Positions 39,320 through 48,620 of a stretch of 64,000 nt of DNA are shown one piece after another (the stretch's first letter is position 1; every line of letters begins with the position of its first letter). The DNA comes from Candidatus Gottesmanbacteria bacterium. GTDB lineage: Bacteria; Patescibacteriota; Microgenomatia; UBA10105; UBA927. The notes under the pieces were generated by a model, which had not been told where the DNA came from, searched no databases, and saw only the letters and a program-made list of their open reading frames with translations. Made by a program: the position numbers and the translations under genes. The stretch lies in assembly GCA_963714095.1 (NCBI GenBank), contig OY970230.1, forward strand, positions 1,023,907-1,087,906, read 5' to 3'.

Positions 39320-40790
39320 TAAGCGATGGCGTTTCCTGCGGCAGATCGTTCGGGCGGAAGCGGTAACTCATACTCAACTCAAAAAGTTTTAGGGTATTTG
39401 AAAAATGAAGATTTTGTTCAACTGCTGCCAGAACTGACGGAAAGAGGTGCGGCCGCATGTACAGCCATTCTTCGGATAAGGGATTGGTGATTTTATACGC
39501 CTTTTTAGTATCGAGATTAAAAATATCCATCAGTTTTTTCGAAATCATGGAATATGTATAGAGTTCCGTAAACCCAAAATCGCGAAGACGGATTTTGATT
39601 TCCTGTTCCCATGCGAGTTCTGGATCCATAAGAACGACCGGCACTTCGCCTTCCGGAAGTTTCGTCGGGATATTGTGGTACCCGAAGATGCGCGCAATTT
39701 CTTCGATGACATCGACATCGAGCGTTACATCAGTGCGAAAACTCGGAACCGTGACGGTAATGTCTTTCTTCGTACTCGCCGGAGTGAATCCCAGAGGAGC
39801 AAGTATTTTTTTTATTTCGGAATCGCTCTGGGGTACCCCGATATACGCAGTTATTTTTTCTTTCGTTACGGAAACCGTATACGGTTTGTATGGTTTGGGA
39901 TACATATCGTACAGCCTGCTTGTAATTTTTCCGCCCGTAAGTTTTTCTATGAGTTCCGTGCCGCGGATAAGCGCGGGTAAGGTGAGTTCACTATCCGGTC
40001 CTTTTTCAAAAAGAGACGATGCTTCGCTGCGGGCAGCCAGTGCCATGGAAGTTCTGCGGATATTTGCGGGATTATACGTTTGAGTAAACAAAAGGACAGT
40101 AGTTGTAGTCGGCTTAATGCTGGAATTTTCGGCGCCCATGATGCCGCAAAGGTCGATAATCCTGCCCATCCCATCTTCAATAATGATATCGCCACCGGGT
40201 AAAATATGGGTTTTTCCGTCTAACGTGATTATCTTTTCACCTTTCCGGCTTTCGCGGAGCGTCATTTTTCCGTTCTTGATTTCGTCGTAGTCGAATGCGT
40301 GTGCCGGTTGCCCGTATGCGCGCATCAGATAATTCGTGGTGTCGATGACAGTATTAATACTCCTCACCCCTGTCGTTTCCAATTGTTGTTTGAGCCAGAG
40401 CGGTGATGGTCCCACCCGTACGCCGGTAAGTACGATGGATGTCCACCGCGGGTTCAGGCGCTGGTCGGTTTTTATCGTGAGGTTTTTTATTCCGTCCTTT
40501 TTATGTGCGCTGACAAACGGTTTTGTCTGCATCGCATACGGATCTCCGGTGAGTTTGGCGGGAATTCCGAAACGCGGCAAAATCGCAGCCGCTTCGCGCG
40601 CAACACCGACCACGGACATCGCATCCGGACGGTTGGTCGTAATTTCTATGTCGTAGACAAAATCGTCTCCGATTTTGGTCAGTCGTTCGACCGACGGACC
40701 GCATAAAGAAAGATATTCTTTGATTTGCGCGGGTGTCGCCTTCGTTTTTAGAAATTCCCTCAGCCATGAGTCAGGTAGTAAGATATTCAT
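39228..40790 (-). CDS. pheT: Phenylalanine--tRNA ligase beta subunit, N-terminal/core segment (frameshifted)
   Basis: The B3/4, B5 and core-like regions are present, including the KLFELS (LFE) motif. The last 20 or so aa are out of frame. Confidence 0.7.
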   Translation of the reverse strand: MNILLPDSWLREFLKTKATPAQIKEYLSLCGPSVERLTKIGDDFVYDIEITTNRPDAMSVVGVAREAAAILPRFGIPAKLTGDPYAMQTKPFVSAHKKDGIKNLTIKTDQRLNPRWTSIVLTGVRVGPSPLWLKQQLETTGVRSINTVIDTTNYLMRAYGQPAHAFDYDEIKNGKMTLRESRKGEKIITLDGKTHILPGGDIIIEDGMGRIIDLCGIMGAENSSIKPTTTTVLLFTQTYNPANIRRTSMALAARSEASSLFEKGPDSELTLPALIRGTELIEKLTGGKITSRLYDMYPKPYKPYTVSVTKEKITAYIGVPQSDSEIKKILAPLGFTPASTKKDITVTVPSFRTDVTLDVDVIEEIARIFGYHNIPTKLPEGEVPVVLMDPELAWEQEIKIRLRDFGFTELYTYSMISKKLMDIFNLDTKKAYKITNPLSEEWLYMRPHLFPSVLAAVEQNLHFSNTLKLFELSMSYRFRPNDLPQETPSLIVVWTSEEIQGGERTCGNPVPTFWYSGARQ

Positions 40791-40792
40791 AA

Positions 40793-41848
40793 TTAAAACT
40801 GCTCCAAAAAGCGCACATCATTGCTGTATAGTAATCGGATATCATCAAGGCGTGTTCCGGCTTTCATCATAAAACAGCGCTCCACTCCCCACCCGAAGGC
40901 AAAGCCGTTATACACATTCGTGTCAACGCCGCCGTTTTTCAAAACGTTTGGATGTACCATACCGGCGCCGCCCAGCTCCAGCCAGCCTTCCTTACATAAC
41001 TTGCACCCTTTCCCAAGACAAACTCCGCAGGTGACATCAACCTCAAATGACGGTTCGGTAAACTGAAAGTGAAACGGCCGGATACGGGTTTTCCGTTCGG
41101 GCCCAAAAAATTGTTTTGCAAAATAATCCAGCACGCCTTTGAGGTGATCGATCGAAACATTGCGGTCAATATAGAGTCCCTCAAACTGGTGGAACATCGG
41201 GGTGTGTGATACGTCGATTTGCCGTCGGTAGCATTTGGCAATGTTGATCATACGGATCGGGAATTTTCCTTTTTCCATTTCGCGCACCTGGCCGTTTGAG
41301 GTGTGCGGGGTGAGAACCATCCGCTGTTTATGAGGGTCGCTGCCGGGTTTGCCCGGATAGTCGATGAAAAACGTTTCCCATTCATCGCGCGCAGGGTGAC
41401 TCTCCGGCATGTTCAGTGCGCCGAATGCATACCAGTCCCAGTCAACTTCGGGGTGCCGGACGCGCGTAAAACCGATGCGTTCAAAAATCCGCGTAATCTC
41501 ATCAATCGCCTGGGTCACGATATGGAGGTGGCCTGCGGGAGGCTCGACTCCGGGCATGGTTGGGTCAAATGAAAGGGTGGTTTTGGGGCTCTGTGACGTA
41601 CCACGGGCGGCCAGCGCCTGAAGGATAGTCTGTTTGACCTGATTGACCACGGTGCCTGCCTGAGCGCGGTCCACAGCCGGCACGAGCCTAATCTGCTTGG
41701 TCAGTTTGCCAAGCTCGCTTTTGCTGCCCAAAAGCTCGAGGCGCAGCTGCTCCACCGGTTTTTCCCCGTCGGCAATGGCGTCGAGGGCGTCCTGCTGGCA
41801 CTCCAACAACATCCCGATAAAATTTGGTGTTGCAATGGGTTCATTCAT
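40793..41848 (-). CDS. pheS: Phenylalanine--tRNA ligase alpha subunit
   Basis: The class II motifs are present, including FHQFEGLYID and GWLELGGAGMVHPNVL. Confidence 0.9.
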   Translation of the reverse strand: MNEPIATPNFIGMLLECQQDALDAIADGEKPVEQLRLELLGSKSELGKLTKQIRLVPAVDRAQAGTVVNQVKQTILQALAARGTSQSPKTTLSFDPTMPGVEPPAGHLHIVTQAIDEITRIFERIGFTRVRHPEVDWDWYAFGALNMPESHPARDEWETFFIDYPGKPGSDPHKQRMVLTPHTSNGQVREMEKGKFPIRMINIAKCYRRQIDVSHTPMFHQFEGLYIDRNVSIDHLKGVLDYFAKQFFGPERKTRIRPFHFQFTEPSFEVDVTCGVCLGKGCKLCKEGWLELGGAGMVHPNVLKNGGVDTNVYNGFAFGWGVERCFMMKAGTRLDDIRLLYSNDVRFLEQF

Positions 41849-41870
41849 ATAACTTCGTATCTATTGTACA

Positions 41871-41901
41871 ACAAAAACCCCCTTCCGGGGGTCATTTTTT
41901 G
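41871..41901. terminator. Bidirectional rho-independent terminator between rplT and pheS
   Basis: The sequence aaaaaCCCCCttccGGGGGtcatttttt forms a GC stem flanked by an A-run on one side and a T-run on the other. Confidence 0.6.
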
Positions 41902-41969
41902 TCTCACAAAAAAATACCCCGGTTAGGAGGTGGCAAAAAATCCAAAAAATAAAACACTATGTTTCATAT

Positions 41970-42320
41970 TTAATTTACCGTCTTAACTTTGTCAACAATT
42001 TCTTCGAAGATCTCCGGATCCTGGGTGACCAGGTTTGCCAGAATTTTCCGGTCAATATCTATATTTGCGGCTTTGAGCTTGCTCATAAAAACGCTGTAGG
42101 ACAGGCCGTTCTGCTTGGAAGCTTCCGAGATACGGGTAATCCACAGCTGCCGGAAATCGCGTTTGCGGTTTTTGCGTCCTGAGTGGGCATATTCTCCGGC
42201 ATGGAGGTATGCCTGTGTGGCCGTGCGGATAAGCCGGCGTTTGGTCATCCGATAGCCCTTGTTTGCGGTCAGTATTTTATGATGTTTCGCTCCTGCGTGA
42301 ACTCCCCGTTTTACTCTCAT
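41970..42320 (-). CDS. rplT: 50S ribosomal protein L20
   Basis: The N-terminus reads MRVKRGVHAGAKHHKIL...RLIRTA. Confidence 0.9.
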   Translation of the reverse strand: MRVKRGVHAGAKHHKILTANKGYRMTKRRLIRTATQAYLHAGEYAHSGRKNRKRDFRQLWITRISEASKQNGLSYSVFMSKLKAANIDIDRKILANLVTQDPEIFEEIVDKVKTVN

Positions 42321-42332
42321 AGAATCTCCTTT

Positions 42333-42530
42333 TTATGTATTTAAAAACCGTTTGACCATCCGTGAATACCGGACTGTTGTAATCTCCTGCGGCGCATCTT
42401 GCCGCCTTTGATGGGATTTGGTCTTGACGCTCCTCAGATGCCTGGCCCCCTGCATCCGGTGCATGACCTTGCCCGTTTTGGTTATCTTAAACCGTTTCCG
42501 TACAATTTTTTTTGTTTTCATTTTCGGCAT
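42333..42530 (-). CDS. rpmI: 50S ribosomal protein L35
   Basis: The N-terminus reads MPKMKTKKIVRKRFKITKTGKV. Confidence 0.9.
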   Translation of the reverse strand: MPKMKTKKIVRKRFKITKTGKVMHRMQGARHLRSVKTKSHQRRQDAPQEITTVRYSRMVKRFLNT

Positions 42531-42536
42531 AATTAC

Positions 42537-43100
42537 CTATTCTTTCTCTTTCTTTTTATCCGGTACGACCATAGCGCCCAATACTTTTCCTTCAAGATGC
42601 GGCTCGCGCACTACGCGCACGCTCTCAAGTCCTGCAATAAACCGTTTCATTACCTCAAACCCGAATTCTTTCCGCGTTATTTCCCTCCCCCGGAAAAAAA
42701 GCGACAATTTAACCTGGTTTCCGTCTTCCAAAAATTCTTTCGCCTTCTTGAGACGGGTGTCAAAATCATGCTGTCCGATAAACGGCCGGAGGCGGATTTC
42801 CTTGACTCCTACATTTTTCTGGCTTTTCCGGTTTTCCTGCTCCTTTTTGGCTTCCTGGTACTTAAACTTTTTAAAATCAATGAGCTTTGCAACCGGCGGC
42901 TTGGCCTGCGACGCGATTTCAACAACATCAAGATCGAGCTCCTTTGCCTTCTGGAGCGCTTCCAGCTTGGTGACAATGCCGATCTGCTTGCCCTCTTCAT
43001 CCAACAGACGGACTGTAGGACTTACAATTTGGTAATTCAGCCGGTAGTGTTTAAACAGTATGCTCAATCTCTTTTTGTAGCAAAGATAAAAAATTCTCAA
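42537..43100 (-). CDS. infC: Translation initiation factor IF-3 (true start probably a non-AUG codon internal to this ORF)
   Basis: INYQIVSPTVRLLDEEGKQIGIV aligns with the IF3 N-domain, and the C-domain motifs are present. The infC–rpmI–rplT order is canonical. Confidence 0.8.
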   Translation of the reverse strand: MRIFYLCYKKRLSILFKHYRLNYQIVSPTVRLLDEEGKQIGIVTKLEALQKAKELDLDVVEIASQAKPPVAKLIDFKKFKYQEAKKEQENRKSQKNVGVKEIRLRPFIGQHDFDTRLKKAKEFLEDGNQVKLSLFFRGREITRKEFGFEVMKRFIAGLESVRVVREPHLEGKVLGAMVVPDKKKEKE

Positions 43101-44880
43101 GGCTCATCGCTTTGAGATCTTCACCCTTGCGAGTCCGCACAGATATCATTGCACCTGTGACTTCTTTATCCCCTATTATACCCATGAACGGCACTTTTTG
43201 CAATGTGGCAGACCTAATTTTGGCGCCCATGGGCTCGCTTTTGTCGTCCACTTCGACCCGGATATTCCGGTTTTTCAGCGTTTCTGCCATTTTTACAGCG
43301 GACTGGACGTGCCGCTCTGCAATCGGAATCAGTGTTACCTGGACAGGCGCCAGCCACACAGGGAACGCGCCGGCGTATTTCTCGATGAGAAATGCCATCG
43401 TCCGCTCAAAAGCGCCCAAGGATGACCGGTGGATGACGATCGGCTGTTTGGCGCTGCCGTCCGGCGCCGTATACGTAAGATCAAACCGTTTCGGCATCAC
43501 AAAATCATACTGCACGGTGAACGCCGTTTCCTCATGTCCGGCAATATTTTTTATCTGCACATCGATCTTCGGTCCGTAAAAGGCGGCTTCGTTCGGTGCT
43601 TCATAAAAAGGCGCCTCAGTTTCTTCTAATACCTCGCGGAGTATCTGTTCCGCATGATCCCACGCTTTGTCGTCTTTGTAATATTTTTTATTGTCTTTCC
43701 TGCTGCCGAGGGACAAACGGAACCGGTACTCATCACCTTTCACCATGCCGAACTTGTGATTGACGAAGTCAATAAGGTCGAGGACCGCTTTGATTTCGGC
43801 TTTTGCGTTTTCCGGCTGCGTGATAATGTGGGCGTCGGCCAGCGTAAACATTCGGACGCGCATGAGCCCCGACAGTTCCCCGCTTTTTTCGTAGCGGAAT
43901 TGGTCGGCCAGCTCCGCAAATCGGACCGGAAGCTCGCGCCAACTGCGCGGAACCGATTTATACAGCATAAAATGATGGGGGCATGTCATCGGCCGCAGAA
44001 TAAGTTCATCCTCATCTACTTTCATCGGCGGATACATGGTTTCCTTATAGTATGGGTAGTGGCCGCTTGTCCGATATAAATCTACCTTTGCAAGAGGCGG
44101 CGTGACGACATGCTGGTACCCCCGCTTGAGTTCCTCATCAACGATAAAACGCTCTAAAATTCTCCGCATGGTGGCGCCTTTGGGTGTGAGCATCGGGAGT
44201 CCCGCCCCGATAAGATCCGAAAATGCAAATAATCCCAACTCCTTGCCGATTTTCCGGTGATCGCGTTTTTTGGCTTCTTCCTGCCGCGTCAGATAATCAT
44301 CAAGCTCCGCGCGCGACGGAAAACATGTGCCGTAAATGCGTGTTAACATTTTATTTTTTTCCGAACCCCGCCAATACGCGCCGGCGACGGAGAGCAAATC
44401 AAAAAATTTCAGTTCGCGGTCCGGGTGCTGGCAGTGGCCGCCGCGGCATAAATCCACGTAATTGCCCGATTGAAAGAGCGTTAATGTTTGTCCTTCTTTG
44501 GAAAACTCGTCGATCAGTTCCTTTTTATATTCGTTATCTTTAAAAAATTTGAGCGCCTCCGCTTTCGTGACCTCTTTCCGCTCAAACCCTTTCCACGTGT
44601 GGACCAGTTCTAGCATTTTCGCCTCGATTTTGGGAAAATCCGCTTCGGATACCTTTACGTCTCCGAAATCGAAGTCATAATAAAACCCGTTTTCAATCGA
44701 CGGACCTATTGTCCGCTTCGTTTTGGGCCACAGTTCCATGACCGCCGCTGCCAGTAAATGCGCGCATGAGTGGCGAAGATGTTCAAGTTGTTCCTGTTCC
44801 ATAGTTCCTCCTACAAAAAAAGTCACCCGTTCTTGTTGGAGCTCCTTTCGGGGCGGTTCCATCCAACTTTGGTGACTCAA
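43051..44880 (-). CDS. thrS: Threonine--tRNA ligase (short form lacking the N-terminal TGS domain)
   Basis: The editing-domain motif is HLRHSCAHLLAAAV. The class II core and C-terminal anticodon-binding domain (HRSSLGAFERTMAFLIE) are present. The likely start is MEQEQ at about 44802. Confidence 0.85.
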   Translation of the reverse strand: MSHQSWMEPPRKELQQERVTFFVGGTMEQEQLEHLRHSCAHLLAAAVMELWPKTKRTIGPSIENGFYYDFDFGDVKVSEADFPKIEAKMLELVHTWKGFERKEVTKAEALKFFKDNEYKKELIDEFSKEGQTLTLFQSGNYVDLCRGGHCQHPDRELKFFDLLSVAGAYWRGSEKNKMLTRIYGTCFPSRAELDDYLTRQEEAKKRDHRKIGKELGLFAFSDLIGAGLPMLTPKGATMRRILERFIVDEELKRGYQHVVTPPLAKVDLYRTSGHYPYYKETMYPPMKVDEDELILRPMTCPHHFMLYKSVPRSWRELPVRFAELADQFRYEKSGELSGLMRVRMFTLADAHIITQPENAKAEIKAVLDLIDFVNHKFGMVKGDEYRFRLSLGSRKDNKKYYKDDKAWDHAEQILREVLEETEAPFYEAPNEAAFYGPKIDVQIKNIAGHEETAFTVQYDFVMPKRFDLTYTAPDGSAKQPIVIHRSSLGAFERTMAFLIEKYAGAFPVWLAPVQVTLIPIAERHVQSAVKMAETLKNRNIRVEVDDKSEPMGAKIRSATLQKVPFMGIIGDKEVTGAMISVRTRKGEDLKAMSLENFLSLLQKEIEHTV

Positions 44881-45017
44881 TTCGCATCTTTACGCGGATG
44901 CAGCGCTTCTCTTTGAGAGTGGTTGGGTCTCATGCAAACGAGAAGTTTTTAATTTGATCCGTCGATCATACTATAAAAGTATACCCGATTATAGCACTAT
45001 GTCAAGCAAGCGAGTTT

Positions 45018-45863
45018 TTACATTTTCCACCACGGTGGCACCTGGGATTCGCTACCGGGTAGCGGTTTAAAAGCCGCACGTATTAATGCCCACCCCGTTT
45101 TACACACTATAGCTGCACCCACAAGAGTCCCAATCACTTTAAAACTCGCAATGAGTTCGTCTTCAAAAGTTTTAAGATCTTTCTTATCTTTTGCAAGCTT
45201 CCACTTCATATAATCGACATATGAATGAAAACCGGTAAATTGTGGATTGTCAGACTCTGACAAAGACTGCGGTACAGCTGTAGCAGTGGGAATTGTGACT
45301 TGTGTTGTGACCTGTGTTGCTTCAGCGCTGGATGTTCCACTGTTTTGAGCTATGAAATCCCTCACTACCTGAACAGCATCTTTTTTTGAACCATCAGATG
45401 TGATCACCTGGCCGTTTGCATCGATATCGGGCCGTGTGCTTACTCCATTTGCATCAGTTATAAGATAAGGGCCCTGAGTTCCATGCCCTACCCAACAATC
45501 CTTAGGCGGGTAAGCTCCCTTGTTCAAATCATCAAATGGCCCACACAAATCATCTATTGTTATTTCTGCACCGGTCGCGTTGTCATATTTTCCACCGGTC
45601 ACTGAATGAGTAATTCCTATTCCGTTAACTGCGGTTCTGTATCCCGGATATCTCTTGTTAATACCCCCATTCATAAACAGTGAGGCTGATAAGCCCATTG
45701 GATGAACGTCAATAGGCACAGGAGTGTAATGTGTTGGATTTGAGGTGCTTTTTAGCCACGCAGCTATGCCCACATCGACAGGTTGAGCTAGGGGGCTAAG
45801 GTGGTCCCCAGGGTCCACAGCTGAGAGTATTCGAGGCTGAATTTCTACAAGCATGGTTTGCAT
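45018..45863 (-). CDS. Hypothetical protein with C-terminal TM anchor
   Basis: The protein is 281 aa with a C-terminal hydrophobic segment, VIGTLVGAAIVCKTGWALIRAAF. No motif was recognised. Confidence 0.45.
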   Translation of the reverse strand: MQTMLVEIQPRILSAVDPGDHLSPLAQPVDVGIAAWLKSTSNPTHYTPVPIDVHPMGLSASLFMNGGINKRYPGYRTAVNGIGITHSVTGGKYDNATGAEITIDDLCGPFDDLNKGAYPPKDCWVGHGTQGPYLITDANGVSTRPDIDANGQVITSDGSKKDAVQVVRDFIAQNSGTSSAEATQVTTQVTIPTATAVPQSLSESDNPQFTGFHSYVDYMKWKLAKDKKDLKTFEDELIASFKVIGTLVGAAIVCKTGWALIRAAFKPLPGSESQVPPWWKM

Positions 45864-45887
45864 ATTATAAGATATATTGGCAGGATG

Positions 45888-46361
45888 TCATCTGACGACC
45901 GTATCCATCTCCAGATGCCCAAAGTCCACGGGTTTGGGGGCGTGTTTCACCCGCACCCGCTTCCGTTGCTTCTTTTCCATCCATTTTGAGGCGGGATTGT
46001 GGTACACATGCCTCCCTTTGAAGAAAAACAAATTGTTCCGTTTGATCACCTTGCCAATGGTCGATGTTGCAATCAAAGGAAGATCGAGCCTCCGACATTC
46101 TGCGTCCACAAACGGCTTGAGCTTCTCTTTACTCCTGCGGGGATATTGTTCCCGTTGAGAACGAATGAATGTAACAATGCGGGGATCCACCCGCATGGTT
46201 CGGAGGGTCTTTGGTGTGGTGGACGTTGGGGTGAGAACGACCAAATGATCGTGTCCACGATCTAACCGTTTTCTCCACACCCAGATAGTCTTACGGGACA
46301 CACCAAAGGCTTCCATCGTTGCGTGTTCTCCGAACCGCTCGTAAAAAGAGAGGATTTTCAT
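45888..46361 (-). mobile_element. Truncated DDE transposase (HTH + start of rve/integrase core only) – IS remnant
   Basis: An HTH is present at GVSRKTIWVWRKRL. The ORF stops right after FGHLEMDTVVR, which is where the DDE catalytic core would begin. No full catalytic domain follows. Confidence 0.55.
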
Positions 46362-46396
46362 CCGCTCCTTGGCTACCTCCTCAGTATCAAATTTAT

Positions 46397-46927
46397 TTAT
46401 TGTTTAGTACGATACATTACAGATCCGGAAGACAAGATACGGAAAACGTAGATGTGATTGACGCGGTCCTGTCGGATGATTTTCCAGCCGGGGAAGATAA
46501 AACTGTTGGAGACGATAATCGTGCCGGGTTTCAATTCCTTCTTTAACATATCCGCTAGACGTTTCATTTTCCAGGGCAAAAGATACACAAAAACCGCGTC
46601 AGCATCGTGGATGTCTGCCTGCCAGAAGTTTTTCCAGTGCGTTTCTGTCCCGCGCACTTTTGAAAAAAGAACCAGCAGCGGATTGATTTCAAACCCCACT
46701 GCATTTGCGCCCTTTTTGGCGGCTAAAAGAAGGAGTTTGCCGTTACCCGACCCTAAGTCGTACACTTTATCGCCTTTGGTGATATGTGCCAGCCGGATCA
46801 TCGCGTCGGCGGAAGTATTTTTCGTCGGCACGAAGGGCGCGCCGGTGAAAAACGCCAGGCACATATAGAAAAAGAAAATGACAAACCCAAGCTGCAGAAG
46901 GAGAAATAACAACGAAAGGGCGATCAT
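46397..46927 (-). CDS. Membrane-anchored class I SAM-dependent methyltransferase
   Basis: An N-terminal TM is followed by motif I, VYDLGSGNGKLLLLAAKKGANAVGFEINP. The start was trimmed to MIALSLL to remove an overlap with the upstream gene. Confidence 0.6.
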   Translation of the reverse strand: MIALSLLFLLLQLGFVIFFFYMCLAFFTGAPFVPTKNTSADAMIRLAHITKGDKVYDLGSGNGKLLLLAAKKGANAVGFEINPLLVLFSKVRGTETHWKNFWQADIHDADAVFVYLLPWKMKRLADMLKKELKPGTIIVSNSFIFPGWKIIRQDRVNHIYVFRILSSGSVMYRTKQ

Positions 46928-46934
46928 GCAGTCA

Positions 46935-47897
46935 TTATAACAGGAATGTCTGAACAGCCCGAAGCCTTGCCTGCCAGTTAAGGTTGTTGGAAAGTACGAA
47001 TGTAAAGAGTTTTTTATCGCGTGAAGCGCGGTAGAGAACATATTGAGGAACCAGCAGCAGAAGGATCAGAAGTGCCAGAAGTATGTTGGCATTATCCGCG
47101 GCGGCACGCGTGGTTGTCCCCAACACCTGAACCTTTGTCGGTATTGATCCTGAGACCACCATTGGGCCTGATCCGGTATCCGATGATGCGCCAAGTACAG
47201 ATCCTGATACGATAAACGCGCTGTCCGAGAAGCTGCTTATACTGTCATTACTGGGCCCTACATTCCCCGATACCATTGCCCGTGCGGTATACACTCCGCC
47301 CGGTGTCATTTTGGACAGCACAAATCCGGTGGTTACATTGTATCCGTGCCCGGGGTCTATAGTGCCCAGCGGAAATGTTTGCCCGCCGACATCTTTGCCG
47401 TCTTTTAACAAATGAAGGTACAGGCTTGCGTTATAGACGTGTCCCGTACCCGGATTTTTAATATTGACAAAAAATGTTACCGTGTCTCCGGGATTTACAA
47501 AAGCCCCGACGTTGTTGCTGTTGGTGACAGAAAGTTGCCCGCCGGAGTCCTGGGCACCTGCGTTTGTACTCACCATCGATGCCTGCGCGATCTCCGGGTC
47601 TGCGGGCGGATCACTGCTAGCCGCGGCAAGTGAGGCAGCGTCCCCGACGTTGCCGTTCCAGGTACCGAATATATTAATAAATCCGAAAAATGCCGTCGTG
47701 CGGTACAGGACGGTATTGACGAGATTGGTAAGCGATACGGCGCTTACCGCATTTCCGGTTGTAATCGTACCGCCCTGAAAACCAGCTCCGTTATTCTGGT
47801 TGAACGGGTATCGGCAAGTCACATTGTGAAAGGCGATATTATTAGTTTTGAAACCAAAAGCAGTGCTTCCGTGACTCACCGGGTCTATGAAATTCAA
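46935..47897 (-). CDS. Cell-surface protein with CARDB-like beta domain and C-terminal TM/basic anchor
   Basis: The body is Gly/Asn/Thr/Ser-rich. The C-terminus reads LLALLILLLLVPQYVLYRASRDKK. No N-terminal signal peptide is evident, so the 5' boundary is uncertain. Confidence 0.45.
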   Translation of the reverse strand: MNFIDPVSHGSTAFGFKTNNIAFHNVTCRYPFNQNNGAGFQGGTITTGNAVSAVSLTNLVNTVLYRTTAFFGFINIFGTWNGNVGDAASLAAASSDPPADPEIAQASMVSTNAGAQDSGGQLSVTNSNNVGAFVNPGDTVTFFVNIKNPGTGHVYNASLYLHLLKDGKDVGGQTFPLGTIDPGHGYNVTTGFVLSKMTPGGVYTARAMVSGNVGPSNDSISSFSDSAFIVSGSVLGASSDTGSGPMVVSGSIPTKVQVLGTTTRAAADNANILLALLILLLLVPQYVLYRASRDKKLFTFVLSNNLNWQARLRAVQTFLL

Positions 47898-48620
47898 AAT
47901 AATAACAACACGTTAACTTTTATTACAAAAGGTGATGCTAATAACATCCCGGATATTGATCCGGTCTCTGTAGAGCAGATCAAAGGTAAAGTAATTTTTA
48001 TTATTCCCTATATCGGATATCTTTATCTTTGGATTAAACAACCTATCGGATTTTTACTTCTCATAATTACTCCGGCGCTGTATATCATCGTGAGTGAAAT
48101 TATCGTTGCAAAGAAACTTATCGAACGGGAGGCGATAAAAAAATACAATAAACAACATCCGGTTACACCGCACCTCATTATCATAGGTTTGTTGTCAATC
48201 GCCTTGAGTTTTCTCAGTGCCAAAAAAACTATTTCATATTTTTCATCCGGTCTTGTCTTGTCGGGCAACATTTTCTCGACAGGCAAGTGGTCTACCGATG
48301 ATCCTCCTGCTGCTGATGATCCGACCGCCATACTTACAATTTCCTCCGACGGGCATACGGCAACATTTACGGTCACAAATACGTCGTCATTTGACCAAAT
48401 TTCCTACACGTTGACATACGATACCGATACCAAAACGCAGGGTCTCATGGGAACCATAGCAATAAACGGCAACAATATCATAACCAAAGACGGACTGACG
48501 CTCGGAACGTGTTCAACAGGTGGTACGTGTACGTATGACACCGGTGTTAATAACGTTACGCTTAGTGTAGCCCTCACCAATAGTAAAGGTGAGACAAAAA
48601 ATTTAACTGCACATCCATGA
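47826..48620 (+). CDS. SipW-like (ER-type, S26B) signal peptidase C-terminal half fused to TM + extracellular beta-rich domain; catalytic Ser region absent
   Basis: The translation contains GDIISF...SVTHRVYEI...ITKGDANNIPDIDPVSVEQIKGKV, which covers the His and Asp boxes of SipW-type peptidases, followed by two TM segments and a Thr/Gly/Cys-rich domain. No SGSMEP box lies upstream in any frame. Confidence 0.45.
   Translation: MKGDIISFETKSSASVTHRVYEIQNNNNTLTFITKGDANNIPDIDPVSVEQIKGKVIFIIPYIGYLYLWIKQPIGFLLLIITPALYIIVSEIIVAKKLIEREAIKKYNKQHPVTPHLIIIGLLSIALSFLSAKKTISYFSSGLVLSGNIFSTGKWSTDDPPAADDPTAILTISSDGHTATFTVTNTSSFDQISYTLTYDTDTKTQGLMGTIAINGNNIITKDGLTLGTCSTGGTCTYDTGVNNVTLSVALTNSKGETKNLTAHP

Noticed and set aside
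44803-45017. T-box leader upstream of thrS
   Set aside because: No GGUGGNACCGCG core or terminator hairpin is present in the thrS upstream region, so no T-box is called there.
47464-47778. 104-aa + strand ORF as the missing SipW N-terminal half (contains ISGSAGG and a hydrophobic stretch)
   Set aside because: It has only a superficial SGS match and no SGSMEP box. The opposite-strand surface-protein frame is open through the same DNA. It is kept only as a note under the SipW finding.
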